Source: Candidatus Pacearchaeota archaeon (GTDB lineage: Archaea > Nanobdellota > Nanobdellia > Pacearchaeales > GW2011-AR1). Taken from it: a DNA stretch of 16,986 nucleotides. Shown in pieces: positions 16,496-16,986 of the stretch (positions within the stretch are counted from its first letter, which is position 1; the number at the start of each line of letters is the position of its first letter). The position numbers and the translations under genes were made by a program. The stretch is from the NCBI GenBank assembly GCA_018304175.1, contig JAGVWT010000005.1:1-16986 (forward strand). The letters are read 5' to 3'. The notes under the pieces are model-generated. The model had not been told where the DNA came from. It saw nothing but the letters and a program-made list of their open reading frames with translations, and searched no databases.

Positions 16496-16986
16496 TTAAA
16501 CAACACACGACAACCTTCCACCATTTATTATTTTCAAACTATTAACATCGTTGAGAGTGTCGGGCATGAAATAAAATCTGTCGCAAACTATTACTCCTCC
16601 ATCAATTGTCAGTGTTCCTGTTCCTGTCACAAAAACTTTTGCTGTTGATGCTCCTTGAGAACCTGTGATGACACAATTCTGTGATAAATCAATTTCCCAT
16701 GGACTTGATGAATATGTGCAAGTGTCTACAGCATAAGTTATCACAATTAATCCCTTTCCCCCAACTCCTCCTGCTCCTGCAGCACCTCCTTGGTCTGTTG
16801 TACCACCTCCACCTCCACCACCCCCATAGGTTCCACCTGCACCACCTCTATAAAGATTTACAGAATTCCCTCCTGTTGTACCACTTCCTCCTCCCCCTCC
16901 ACATGCTCCTAATGTGGTGTTCCAGGAAGTATCACATCCTCCTGCTGCTCCTGCTCCTCTTGTACTTGAAGTTGAAGCTCCACCTC
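16496..16986 (-). CDS. 3' end of a large Gly-rich, probably surface-exposed protein (5' truncated)
   Basis: The frame is open from 16984 through the track's GTG at 16744: GGASTSSTRGAGAAGG...GGGGGGGG...GGVGGKGLIVITY, followed by a Cys-containing terminal domain of about 80 aa. Confidence 0.85.
   Translation of the reverse strand, partial: GGASTSSTRGAGAAGGCDTSWNTTLGACGGGGGSGTTGGNSVNLYRGGAGGTYGGGGGGGGTTDQGGAAGAGGVGGKGLIVITYAVDTCTYSSSPWEIDLSQNCVITGSQGASTAKVFVTGTGTLTIDGGVIVCDRFYFMPDTLNDVNSLKIINGGRLSCVV

Noticed and set aside
694-16648. Antisense or overlapping ORFs in the track (e.g. 694-960, 1035-1328, 1908-2351, 4706-5131, 7947-8309, 10047-10376, 16379-16648)
   Set aside because: They are shadows of well-supported genes or AT-rich intergenic noise, with no motifs or start signals.
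16744-16770. Possible frameshift at the G5 run in the Gly-rich gene
   Set aside because: Codon-by-codon translation shows the frame is continuous (GVGGKGLIVITY).
1-16986. tRNA, rRNA, CRISPR array, transposase or integrase
   Set aside because: No T-loop or cloverleaf pattern, rRNA-like segment, regular array or recombinase ORF was found by eye. tRNAscan-SE and cmscan would confirm.

Overview
AT-rich archaeal chromosomal segment. aIF2-gamma, L7Ae, S28e, L24e, stand-alone Kae1 and TATA-box promoters make it archaeal; the compact layout, divergent proteins and a PWWAFL-ending secreted protein suggest a DPANN lineage such as Pacearchaeota (inference). It encodes a NUDIX hydrolase, aIF2-gamma, a secreted acidic protein, an Fe-S PD-(D/E)XK nuclease, gyrB/gyrA split by three unknown ORFs, the rpl7ae-rps28e-rpl24e cluster interrupted by three unknown ORFs, Kae1, DUF192, an HExxH peptidase, DUF167, a lone pyrB, YchF, a RelE-type toxin-antitoxin pair and the 3' end of a Gly-rich surface protein. 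No tRNA, rRNA, CRISPR array, transposase or integrase was seen. Signals not explained by the ORF track: (1) a dispersed, structured, roughly 100-200 nt intergenic element with two long copies and one partial copy, always co-oriented behind a gene; (2) an unannotated 42-aa basic protein with the strongest expression signals in the window; (3) seven gene junctions with the identical stop-A-ATG layout bracketing orphan ORFs inside two conserved operons; (4) hairpins at the predicted 5' ends of the gyrB and rpl7ae transcripts. All alignments, foldings and family assignments were done by eye.
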